Assembly: GCF_000002075.1 (NCBI RefSeq)
Contig: NW_004797372.1
Span: forward strand, 248,396-307,622
Reading direction: 5' to 3'
DNA: 59,227 bases
From: Aplysia californica
Lineage: Eukaryota
Part shown: positions 38,601-50,300 of the stretch, piece by piece
Numbering within the stretch: position 1 is the first letter of the stretch
Layout of the letters: the number at the start of each line of letters is the position of its first letter
Made by a program: the position numbers and the translations under genes
Notes under the pieces: generated by a model
The model's database searches: none
What the model was told of the DNA's origin: nothing
Seen by the model: only the letters and a program-made list of their open reading frames with translations

Positions 38601-38765
38601 CGTTCTTCATCTTCATCACAAAAACTCACACTTGAGACTCGAGAGTCAAGAGTTCAAGTAGGAACCCCCAACAATTCATCAGTTAGCCAAAGTAATTAGA
38701 TCTACCTTAACAAGACGAGCTTGCAGTTGTGACAGCACTTCACCACAATCTTGTGGTGTTTCCAT
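28978..38765 (-). CDS. Uncharacterised protein, 256 aa, N-terminal coiled coil plus C-terminal alpha/beta domain; exons 38765-38706, 37509-37388, 36536-36412, 35742-35662, 30516-30354, 29197-28978
   Basis: Six GT-AG exons join with compatible phases (0,2,1,1,2) into a 771-nt ORF: METPQDCGEVLSQLQARLVK-IKVDQNE...AILKQ-YILPLVKEIHHIELKIKDKQKEYERRKMENQFVQEQNDLLT-DCLPASY...HSET-DKSS...SLWPCVH-VGRPQPL...KINDK*. The start lies 433 bp from the DRAP1 ATG. Confidence 0.8.
30625..31399. mobile_element. Tc1/mariner-pogo (Tigger-like) MITE
   Basis: TA|CAGTGGAATCC ... GGATTCCACTG|TA, with subterminal TAACGAG repeats. Confidence 0.85.
31624..31707. repeat. (TA)n microsatellite; also 35244-35308 and 35536-35610
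   Basis: Read directly. Confidence 0.97.
31708..35535. mobile_element. Composite non-autonomous element embedded in (TA)n
   Basis: (TA)n on both sides; ends GGGTGACCTTATTTAGGCCACA / TGTGGCCTAAATAAGCACTCCC; near-identical 50-bp-unit arrays at 31731-31830 and 35415-35510. Confidence 0.7.
32804..33662. mobile_element. Foldback palindrome of about 850 bp built from ~60-bp GGTGGACCCCGGGGTC units
   Basis: Units flip orientation near 33262; arms 32846- and -33647 are inverted; flanked by TATTATCAA at 32795-32803 and 33663-33671. Confidence 0.75.
38195..38363. mobile_element. MITE with internal telomere-like TAACCC repeats
   Basis: TIRs of about 45 bp (GGCAATTGTTAAGA... / ...TCTTAACAATCGCC); 8-bp TSD GAATCTAG at 38187-38194 and 38364-38371. 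Confidence 0.8.
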
Positions 38766-39198
38766 TGTTCATGTAGCATAGATGTTCTGAATTCAGTTTG
38801 TAAAATTCTGCAGGAAATATCCAGCAGTCGCTCGCACTCGCCGACTTGTTGACGTTATGGGACTGAAAGTGATTTCTTACCAAGAAAAGCTTGCAAAGAG
38901 AAAACATGATTCTATTGCTGGTATAGGAAGAGAAAATTAAAAAAAAAAAAATTATAATCCCAATTTACTTTTGTATCTTTGTATGTATTTCAAACAGAAC
39001 TTATTATATATCTTCTGTTTTCAAAATAATGAACATTTGAATTTTATGTCTTATCTTTTCAGAGAACAGTGTATTGTCATCCGTATCTAAACCATGTTTT
39101 AACGGTAGTCACAATACACTTCCGGATATTACCTCCTGGACAGTTTGCTCCCGGTTTGAGAACAGCAGTAACTGTTGTTGTTCAGTTTGTAAATAAAC
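38766..39198. promoter_or_regulatory. Probable bidirectional promoter between the uncharacterised gene and DRAP1
   Basis: Divergent ATGs only 433 bp apart; ETS-like CACTTCCGG near 39117-39125 and TGACGT near 38850. Confidence 0.7.
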
Positions 39199-42100
39199 AT
39201 GCCCAAATCGCCTTCCAAAACTTCCAAGAAAAAGAAATATAATGCACGTTTTCCGCCTGTAAGCATACAAACAGAAGATGTATTTGAATGTATTTTAGCT
39301 TTGATGTTTGATTTTTATGTTCAGTTTGTCACAGACGTAGATTAGAGTGACTGTTGTGAATCGAGTGAGAGTGAGTGTATCATATATTGAATATTGAAAT
39401 TGAATTATATTGGATTGTCAATATCGATGTCAGTGTATCACCCATGCCAGTGCTGTGGTCACCTGTTTCACTTTATCAGTTCAATTCGAAATTAATAATC
39501 TATACAAATTTGATAAGCCTCTAAAATACAACAATATGGGATATTTTTTTTCATATATTCTCAATTGTTGACATGTGTTATTTATCACATCATATCTCAG
39601 CCTTGCCCTTGTCACGCCTTGTGCCTTGCCCTCATCTGTCACTTACTTCTGTTGGTCAGTGACTGGCTTTTTTATATTGTAGAAACTTCTCAAGTTCATA
39701 GACTATCTGTATGCTAGAAAAGTAACTTCTAAATGGTGCTTGGAGAAACTTATAAAGAACATTTTGAGTGAACATGACGTAGAGGCTACTAGACTAGTAC
39801 TAGACCTTTTAAAAATCTATTTTAATAATAGATTGCTTTGTCGTTTCACTTTTAAGCCAATGATAACGTGACAGAATATTATACAGCAAGAAATATACTT
39901 GCCAATTTCGGTAAGCCCTGGTTTTCATGTTCAGAGTGTATGTATGTTCAAAGAAATGTTCCTTTCTTTTAAAATTTTAGATTAGCTATAAGATTTTCTG
40001 ACAATGCACTTTATTTTATGGTTGCTGAGCTACACATTTTATTATATATATATTCTGTTGGTTTTCTTTTACTCAGGCAAGGATCAAGAAAATCATGCAG
40101 ACGGATGAAGAAGTTGGAAAAGTGGCTGCTGCCGTACCGGTCATCATTTGTATCCTTTGACCTGTAGGAGAGTGGAGTGTTTTTGTCGTGCTTTTTGTCA
40201 ATTAATCTTTATTGCTAGACATTGGAACCTGTCTGAGTACACTACGACAGCCAACCATTTTTGAGGAGAAAAGAGCACGTCCTAGGCAGGACTGATTAAA
40301 ATGACGGAAGAAAGCAAAGCATTCCCTTCTAAGGCCCTAAGCAGAGGCGGTCTCAGGCTCAAGACTGCCATTAGGCTCGTTAAACTGTCAGGATTTTTTT
40401 GCTTTAGGAGGGAGGTTAGAAAGGGAGGTTTGGTGGCTGCTGTGATTATTTAATTTGATTCTTATACTATTATGATGTGAAATTTTATCATCGCTATGCA
40501 GAAGAAAATGACACAATTTCTCGCAATGTTACTTTTGCTGGTGTGATGTTAATTGTACATTTTATGAAAATATCACTAATTACTTGCCTAGTCATGACCT
40601 TGAAGATGAAAGAAGTAATTGTTGATTCTTGACTCCAGTGACTTGTTTAGAGGTGCCAGGTGCTGGCAACTTAGGCTCATTAGAGAGCATCAAGTGGGCT
40701 CCAGTTTTATCTGGTTAGATTAGTTTCATCAGTTTTTTGTTGCGTTGAACCCTTAACTCTGCCACCAGCTCGAGCCCTAGAGCTCTTCATTGAGTCTTTA
40801 ATTACAGAAACTTCCCAGACGACTATTGCTAAAAATGCTAAAACTCTCTCAACATCTCACATGTAAGTATGTATGTGTTTGAGGTTTACTTGCTGGATAT
40901 AATGACACAGTGGAGTCTGTTTAAACTGAAATCTGCGGGATTGCAAGGTTTTCTTCGGTATAGCCATGCTTTTGGTTTGGAGACATTGTTCAAATGGTGA
41001 AGGAAAATCGGGAATTCTATTTTTTTTTCGGTTTACTGATGTTTTCAGATGAGCTCCACTGTAGTTGTAAGTTTAAATGTATGGTCCATGGGGACAGTGA
41101 GAGCAGTACAGTGGAAGTGAAGTTTGTGCGCCATTTTGTGTTGACCTAAGATTTGACTTGTATGGCACTGATGTTGACTGACTGTGGGTGGTTGGTGGGT
41201 GCTCGGTGTGTTTTGCTCCTTCTTTCCTATCAAACATCTATTGTCCTTATCTTTGCTCCTTTTTTATGTTTGTTACTCTCTTGTTACACCCCTAATTTTC
41301 AGCACTTGTATGATCTAATTGTCTTGCAAGTGCTGTTAAATGTTAACTAAAACAAATTAGCTAAGCCTTGTGTGCCCCGGTTCTGAGAGCTAAAAGGAAC
41401 TGTAAACGACTTGTGTTGACTACTAAATTAACGTTGCAGTGTGCATTTGATGTTCAGAAGAGTTAAGGTACCGTAGTTTATGATCAGGTATGCGCTTGGG
41501 CCGATAGGCTTGACTATTTCACAAGTTGGAAGCTACTCTTTCTAGGCAGACGATTGATTGTTGATTGTTGCAACAGATAAATACTTTGATCTTCTGTTTA
41601 CCATTGATTTAAATTTGCCTGTTTGGTTTCTATTTTACTTCCAAGACAACAACTAATCATTATGATGTTCTTGCCAATCTTATACTTGTCTGATTCAGAC
41701 GGTCGTCTGAGATGGAGCCCTTCAGCCTGATTGCCAATATTATCAGTTGGCTATTCTTCAACTCAGTTGGACTTGGGAATGGATTGGGGGGGGGGGGGGG
41801 GGAGGAGAGGGCGTGCCGAGCCATTTCTATTTTTTGTTTGTTTTATTTTTACAGAAAGCAGACAATTGAATCAAAGAAACAGTTTGATTTCCTGCGAGAC
41901 TTGGTGTCCAACCTGCCAGATCATCAAAACGAGGAGAACAATGGAGAAGGTGTTCACACCGAGGCAGATGTCGTGGTGAAGAAAGGCCGGGGCAGGTATG
42001 CTTTGTTTCGAGAGGTTAAAGACTGTGGTTTTGCTTGCTCTGACATTTTTACACAGTCGGCAAGCTGTTCAATTGTTCCAAGCCAAAAAAGTAATATTTA

Positions 42101-45100
42101 TCAGGAGAGAGAAAAAACCAAAACAATTTTATTCTTTTAAAAACTACCTAAATTATGTATCCTTTGTTGATTTTTCCAATAATAAAATTCAACTTTCAAC
42201 AAAATTTCTTGAGCTCATGCAACTGATACCACAAAGAAAGAAAGTGTGATTTTTTTAAAATTCTCAATTTTGGGCATAGTACGTCTGAACAGCTGGATGA
42301 CAATATATGTCTTTTTGATAGTATTACTTCTTCTTTACTAATCTTGTAGGGCTTATTGTTAGTAAATATTACAAACTTGGTGCTCCTTTCCCTCTCCCAA
42401 TTCCTGTGTACATCATCCGTTAATTCTGGTCATAACTGAGCCAGTGTGCTTGCAAGTGGTTGGAGGACACCGCTGGTAGGTTCTACTTTTTCATTATTCC
42501 TCTTTCCCTCTTTCGTTTCTGTCTGCCTTTTCTTACTCTTTTCCTGTGCTACATGACCATTACTTTGTCACTTTTCTTCTCTGTATTGTAACATGTAACA
42601 TCGACACTTCTCTTTGGGTAAAAAAGATTTTGAATTTTAAAATAAAATTTGTCTTATATTTTGGTAAAAACGGGAGTGGGTGGGTCGAGGATGCCATTGG
42701 TAGGTCCTTTTTCTTTACTTTCCGTCCGTTGTTTTTGTCTGTCTCATTATCCCAGCACTAAATGACCATTGTTGTGTCGATGTGCTTCTCTTTACTCAAA
42801 CAAACAATACAAACTCTATGGGATCCTACTGAGATATGTAGTCTGAATGCTAAAAGTAAGATCCAGTTGAGATTTTGGATTACTACAGTCTTATGTGTGG
42901 ATTTTTTCAGACCCAGAAAGACCAAAGATCCCAACGATAGTAAGAGAGTGAAGGGAGAATCTTCCAAGGCTTCCACAGACAGCTCGGTGGGTGTTTGTGT
43001 TATCTCTTGTCTGACTGTCTGTGTGATTTCTCATAGGGCTGTCTGGTTAGTTCTTATTGCACCGTCTGTGTGACCTCTCATAGGGTCAGCTGTGTTTGAC
43101 ATCTTATAATAAAATATGCAGCCTTTTATATTATGCGGCTTCTAAGAAGGGTGTCTATTTGCAACTTCTTCCGGTGTTGTCTATGGGTGACCTCTAATTG
43201 GGTAATGTCTGTAGGACCTTGCGTAGTGCTGTTTTCATGTGGGTTTTTATAGCACTGTCAGTGGGGATGCTGGTTACTGAACGATGTTTAATAGAATGTT
43301 TGAACTAAATGGGATGAGGAAGTACATAGTTTGAGATAAGGAATGAAGAAAAATTGAAGGTGTTGGTGTAGCGTAGTTTTATCTACACCTTCTGTTGCTT
43401 TATAAAAATGTTTGTGTCAAAGAAAAACAGAATTAGTACTGTGCTGTCATATTGTAATTGATCTTAGTGGAGCCAAATGTTTTTGTTGAAGGGAAAGGTT
43501 GTAAACTGTTCAATGTGTTTTGGTCCTATTACCTTGCCTTGCAGAGCATGATTAGAACTTTTTAAAGATCACTGAGGGAGTAAGCCATGACTTTCATAAT
43601 GATTTCTGAAGCTGTCTGTTTTTACATGGAGATGCGTTACAGCTCACACACATATAAATCTTTTCTCGGGGGCTTGTGGTCCTGACAGGGTCTGTATTTC
43701 TGTCTGTCGTTTTTACCCTTCCTAGCACTAAATAACCATTATTGTGTCGCTGTGCTTACCATTATTGTGTCAATGTGCTTCTCTTTACTCAAACAAAACA
43801 AAAAAGATACAAAAACACTTTTGAGGGTGGTTGTCGGGCACCCTGGTGTGGTTTGCTCCTTTTTTCGTTTCAAACATCTATCATTGTTATCTCTCTTTCT
43901 TTTCTATGTACGTTACTCTCTAGTAACCTGTTTGATCTTCAGCTCTTGTATGACCTATTTGTGTTGCAAATGCTGTAAAACTCTTATTAGAACTTTTAAA
44001 AAAAAACCCTAAAAGCTTTGATGTTGTCTGACAGGAGGAAGAGGAAGATGAGGACGATGAAGGCACAGAGACAGATGAGGAGACGCACACTGTGCCCTCA
44101 GCCAGCGCCTCCGCCTCCTATCTCCCGCCCGCCCCCAGCAAGTCCCTTCAGCAGAACTCCTCCGGTAGCTCACAGGACAGACTGGCAGCTCCCCCTGGCT
44201 TGCCGGCACATGTCGCTCGTAAGGAGATGATTGATATATAATTGATGTTGGCAAATAGGATTCTTTTCATATTTAGGTAGTGGGTAGTTGGCGGGGGCTC
44301 TGATGTGGTTTGCTCCTTTTTCTTATATATCTATCATCATTATCTCTCTATACTTCTCCTCTTATTATGTTACTCCCTAGTAACACCTCTAATTTTCGGC
44401 ACTTATTTGACCTAATTGTGTTGTAGTTTCAGTTAGATTCTTTCTACAACTGAAAAAAAAAAAAAGATTGAGGTTGCTTTTTGCTGACATTTAAAAGAAT
44501 ATGTATTTTGGGACATTTGAGCTGCGCCTCTCAATCCAAGACCTGACATTAACATCACACTCTAGACCTAACATTAACATCACACTCTATGGAACATCAC
44601 AGCAACTGCAGCAAACCTGCACTCATCACTACATGGCATTGGCAAGGTAGGCTTGAGCCCAGCTGTTGCTGGATCGATAAAGACAACAACAACATAAATA
44701 TTATGCTATATCAGCTTTGTACTGGTGGTTGGAGGGTGCCACTGGTAGGTCCTCCTCCTTTTTTTACCCACTGTTGCTTCAGTCTGTCTGTGTTACTTTC
44801 TCCTTGCTATTTTGTTGATGAGGTTCTCTTTACTCAAAGTGACCAAACATCAACTTTGTGATGTAAAAGTCCAGTATCTATCGTCCTTATCTCCCCTACT
44901 TCTTTTTTTATGTTTGTTACTCTCTTGTAACTCCTCTAATCTTCTGGCACTCATATGACCTAATGCAGTTGCGAGCGCCGTAAAACTTCTACTTAAACAA
45001 ACAAACTAAAACAAAAGTCCAGTGTAAGGCAACCACCCGTTGTTGAGGAGGAAAGTGGCCATTTTGGGAGGGAGGAGGTCTTACAGTGTCAATAGAAAGT

Positions 45101-47180
45101 AAAAAAAAAAAAGAAAAAAAAAAGAAAAAAGAAATACAAGGGGGAAATGGGAAGTGGCCATTTGTACAGGTGTGAATGTCTTCTTGTACAGGTGGGCGGT
45201 AGAGCAGGTACAGTTGTATAATCTTTGAGACTCTCCGTGAAGCAAAAGTAGCTCAACTGTCAAGTTATTTAATTGAAAATGATAGAACTGTCTGTTCTTG
45301 TTGAAAGAATGATGCATAAGACTTCCAGGAATAACTGTAGTGTTGTTATGACTAAATGTTTTTGCTTTTGTTGGACTATGAGTAATGAATGAAGTGAAGG
45401 TGGGTACAGGGATGCCGTTTTTCCCCGTTACTTTGTGTAGAAGAACGGTGATTATTCTAAGTATTTGTTTTCTATTTAACCCCATATTAGATGTACTAGA
45501 TAACTATCTTTTTGTTTGCAAATGCAACTTGACAAATTTTAAAGTATTTTCACAAAATCCTAGTGGCATCCATGCTGGTATCACTGGTGGCGTTTTTGAA
45601 TTCGTTACTTCTTCAAAAGCTAAGTCTGAAACAAACATCAGTAATCATTGTTTGCCACTCATTTCGTTGCCCTGAAGCTTTCATTAATAAAACGCCTTTA
45701 TTTTCCTGGTCTTTTCTCGCCACACATTTCGTGGGTGGTTGGAGGACGTCACTGGTAGGTCCTACTTCTTTACTTTCCCTCTGCTGTTTCTGTCTGTCTT
45801 ACTTTCCCCCCAGCACTAAATGATCGTTATTTTGTCGATGTGCTTCTCTTTTCTCAAACAGACACACAAACAAGCAAACAATGGCCTCCCATTAATTTTT
45901 TTGTCCATATTTTCTATTTTCAGCTCCTGGATTGCTGCCGAACCAGCATGGGGGGTGAGTTGACGCTTTTTTTTTTTTTTCTCATTAAAAAAATGTTTTG
46001 GGTTTCGTCCCATGTCCTGATTTTGTTCTAGATATTTGTAAATTTTGTAGAAAATGTATGAACGTGGTAGTAATACCTATAGTTCTACTTCAAGAAGATA
46101 CAAGAACGGAAAAGGACAGTGTCGTTAGAATGTAGGAAAAAACAACACGCGGTGGAGTGGGAGGTGATCATTTTGTGAGTGATTGTCTTGGACAGGTGGC
46201 CATTAGAGCAGGTTTGACTGTATTTAGGATGAAAATATTGTAATTAATTTGGATGGAGGTTGGCTGTAAAGACTCAGTGTTATGTCGCAATAGATGCAAG
46301 ATACATACTCATGCTTTGACTTACACTTCTATGTTAGATTGACAAGATAAAATTTGTAATATATGTCTCCCTACGAAGCTCATCTAAACACTGCTCAACT
46401 TTCAAAGTGACTGATGAAATATTTTCATCCCTTAGAAGGAGATATGACAGTCACTCTTTATCACCCTCTGTGAGCACATGGGGATAGTCAATAAATAATG
46501 AATATGTTTCCGTCCTTTATTCACCCTCCATTTTTGGTGTGTAGTCTTATGCTGATAGATGTTAAGTCTAACTTTTAAAATATGATGGAGTCTGCTTAAT
46601 CTGAAATTTTCCGGAAGACCAGATTTTCTCAGGTTTAGTGGGGTTTTCGCTTTAGAGAGGTTGCTCGAAATATGAGCAAAGAATTGAGGATGTTATTTTC
46701 TTTGTCTTTTTATATTGGCTTGACCATGATCGGTTCAAGCGGACTCCACACTGTAGTGTTTGAGCAAATTGTGCATTGTCCAGTGGCGCGAAGTTCCTTG
46801 CTTCTGATATCCATGTTGTATTTGTGTGACAGGTGGCCGCCCCAGTTCATGAACCACCCGGCCTTGATGCCACTGCCGCCGCCCCTGCGGTTCGAGCCCA
46901 TGAACGACCAGCATTCCCCCCAGGCCTTCCACCATCCGGCCGGGCAGCCCCAGCAGCGCCCGCCTGTCCCCCCCCACGTGATGCCGGGCTATCCGGGGGC
47001 GGCCGGCTACGCAGCCATGTACCAGAGTCCCCACCCAGCCAGTGCCAGCCACCCGTATCCACTCCCTCCTGCCCCGATGCCGTCGCAGCAGCAGTACGCG
47101 CCGTTGTACCAGCCCATGATGCAGCCGCCTCACGCCCTGCCTCCTCACAGTTTACATGAGCCTGCTCACCAACAACAACC

Positions 47181-47212
<32 letters not shown>

Positions 47213-47322
47213 CGTTACCAAATGTACAGCAAGAACAGCAGCAGCAGCAACAGCCTATGAATTTATCGTACTCCGCACGAGCTCAGAGACATGCCACAGA
47301 GGACGACGACTACGACTCATGA
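39199..47322 (+). CDS. DRAP1: Dr1-associated corepressor (NC2 alpha), 382 aa; exons 39199-39258, 40077-40149, 40769-40862, 41855-41995, 42911-42986, 44035-44218, 45924-45954, 46833-47322
   Basis: Translation [55 protein letters not shown]...[26 protein letters not shown] is the DRAP1 histone fold; it ends in the conserved EDDDYDS*. The exons sum to 1149 nt with consistent phases. Confidence 0.96.
40150..40768 (+). other. U12-type (minor spliceosome) GT-AG intron in DRAP1
   Basis: 5' site GTATCCTTT; branch site CCTTAAC at 40751-40757, close to the AG at 40767-40768; no polypyrimidine tract. Confidence 0.92.
45730..45880 (+). mobile_element. Short dispersed repeat family C (~140 bp); other copies near 26520, 27200, 29728, 42455, 42675, 43690, 44720 and 55920
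   Basis: GTGGGTGGTTGGAGG..CACTGGTAGGTCCTACTTC...GCACTAAATGA..ATT..TGTGCTTCTCTTT.CTCAAACA(AAC)n. Confidence 0.75.
47169..47253 (+). repeat. Coding CAA/CAG polyglutamine tracts in the last DRAP1 exon
   Basis: Encodes [28 protein letters not shown]. Confidence 0.9.
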
Positions 47323-50300
47323 CGAAAGAAGGGAAGAAACGATTTAATTCAACACTAGATTAATGTTTCTTTTTTCTTGTTTTTTTTTCTTCTGAGTGTG
47401 TATGTTTGGTGTGTGGGCTGAACGCCAGAGGAAAGTCCTAGGATTTTAAAAGAATTTACAGTAGACCCGCGTCTAGTGAAACATAACATTTGTTATTGTG
47501 TTTTTATTTGTCAATCAAAGCAGAGAGAGTGAGAGAGGCACTAGTATTTGTGTTTGTTGAGGCAGCAGCAGGGAAATGTTTAGTTGTGTACAATACAGTA
47601 GTCTAGTATGTTTTGTCCTTTATTTTATGTTACTGAAGATCATAGCATTCCATTTTTTTTATTTTGTATGTTTTATTTCATTTTGTATTCAACATTTTTG
47701 CTAGTGTGCTCCTTATTTTCAAAGTCAAGAATGGTTTGTAGGTAGATTCTGTTGTTGGATTTGTTTTTTGACTTGGCTAATCAGAGCTTTCTTTGAGGTC
47801 AGCCACTGTGTTAGTTTTCTGGTTTTGCTTCAAGGAGTTTGTCGTGCGTCCTTGTAATAATAATAGAATAGTTCGTCCGTCAATGTCTGACGATGATCAA
47901 TGCAGTTGCATTCTAAAAGAAAAATGTAAGAGATAAAGATTAAGATGATTTGTGGCTTCAGTAAAAGCCAATGAGATAGATTCTGGCCGAAGAGTTTACC
48001 ACATTTTGAGAATATGAAGGCTTCATTTCCACTTGTGGGTGCGTGTAGTTTGGGGGGGCTTCTCTCTTGGCTTCTGAATTTCTAATTCGCGAAGCCTCAT
48101 ATGTTTTCTAATTCGTGAAGCCTCATATGTTTTGCTGCCCTCTGGTTTGCTGCTTTCTTACTGGGTCTGTCAGGAGCTAGACTCTTCCATGTCAATGGAT
48201 TAGTGCATGTTGAAGTCCTTCAGAGACATTTATTTACTGGGTGTCTTTGAAGTGTTTTTTTGTGTGCGTCAGCTGTGCGCTTCCCCGAGAACAGCTGTAA
48301 ATAGAATACAATAAATGTACTGCCTTTAAAATCAGGCATTCCCAAGAAATGGCAAGCCCAGCGCAGTTGAGTCCTTGGTATTTGCCCTTTTGAGAAGTTT
48401 GGTGTGTAGTATTTTGTCCTGCCATTTGATGCTGAAAATCCTTCATAAATAAATGTATAAAGATGAACTTCTGGTTTTAGTTTTGGGGGAACTTCCCCCC
48501 CCCCCCCTGTGTGTTTGTACACACTCACATGAATGCAGCACATGTTGCCAGGGTTGCTCTTCCTCTCTCTTTTTAGAGTGAAGACAATTTTGTAGGCCAT
48601 TTTGTCAGATTGTTCAGAACCTTTTCAATTAGGAAGGGCAATTTTTATCCTCAAAACTCGTCTCTTACTTGAAGGTAGAAATGGGAGGTAGTTTTTTTGA
48701 CTTCTCCTTGTCTATTTCTGTCATGGCATTTCTGTGGGAGCCACGAGCACCAGGAACAGTTTCTCGGCTTTGCTACAGATGAGAAAATCATTAGAGCTGC
48801 AATGTGTATGCAGTAAAAAGAAAGATTTATAGCAGAGAAATTGATGTCTTGTTGGCAATTTTTGTACCTGCAAACACAGCAGGTATTGCTTTCAGTGTCA
48901 GCTAAAGATTTGGGTAAATAAAAAGAATGGGATAGGAGAACGGTTGTGGGATGTTGTGCTCTGTCACTGTCCTTTGTACTTTGAGAAATTTGAGCTTTAT
49001 GAAGTTAACCTTTTTTTTGTCTCTTCTCCTCTCGCATATTGCCTTTGAGGTACTATCTATTATTGCAGATTTTTGTAGTCTCTAAAGTAACTGCGCTCTT
49101 GGAAAGGCTAAATGATGTCAATTAAATTATATCATTTTTAAATGTCTTTGGCCAATAGGATATAAGGAATTTTACAGCAGTAATAAAGATACATATATTT
49201 TCTAGTTTGTTCCAGAGGACAACAGATTTTCTCAGCCTGAATAGCCAGGTCTAGAAGTTATGTAAACTCAGAAGAAAAAAAAAAATGGAGTTACAAGATG
49301 CCAGCATGACGCGCAGGAATGCAGTTGTTTCTGTTTTATTTGTCTATGGAAGATCAAAGATCTTGTTCTGCTGATCGGATTAATTTGAATTTAAGACCTC
49401 CTGCCTCCAGGAAGTAATGAAAGTGTTGTAAAAGACTCTTTTGCACGAGCCACAAACTTATTGTTGTCTTATCATAGTTGTTTTTCATTAAGATTTTACC
49501 CTTTTTGTAATAAACAATTATTTTCTAGTTTTCCGAAATTGATTTTGAAAATTGTCAATTTATTTACTGATTTTACTTCTAAAGTTAGCGGTAAAACAAG
49601 TGTTTTGTGTTACATGTACACTATATACACACGCGCAGTGTTCTTGAGCTGGGCTTTTTTTTCAGTTTGCTGAGGGTGTGGTTGTTCAACTTCCTGCCTT
49701 TTGTCTGTGTGTACTTACTCGCTAGAGTTCATTCTTTGACCCGGGCCAAGGGGAAAAACCCCCCAAAAATACAGCAGGAGAGCACTCGGGACTCATGATC
49801 TGAGTGTGGCCCGGCCGCCTCAGAGTGTCGGGTAGTTAGGGACGAAACACTTGCTTGAAGGAAGCTCTTCTCTGAAGATCTCCTGCTGTCCGCTTGCCCG
49901 ACGAGTTTTCTCCCTCTTACTCTATTGCTCTAGTTATTTCCAAAGCATTGGAAGGAGCTGACTTGCTGTTTTTTTCACTCACAGTATAGGGAAGGCTATT
50001 CCTCATTTGTACGCAGCCAATTTTGTCATTATTAAAGTTTCCGGCGTCACAAACTTCCTTGTAACTCCGCTCCTGTGTAAACTATTTGCATAAAATAAAC
50101 ACTGAACTGGGTAGAAATTAATGATCCAAGCAATAAATATATCTTTTGATCATAGATAAGATGGATGGGCTGGTGTTTGGTAGAAATGAATGATTCGAGC
50201 AATAAAGGTACAGTTTGATGATAGATAAGATGGATGGGCCAGTGTTTGGTAGACTTTTGTTATGGCTGTACTGTAAACAATCGAGTGATGCTGGGGGCAG

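Noticed and set aside
46735-47221. Antisense and alternate-frame ORFs over the last DRAP1 exon and over PGBD
   Set aside because: Shadow ORFs of GC-rich coding sequence.
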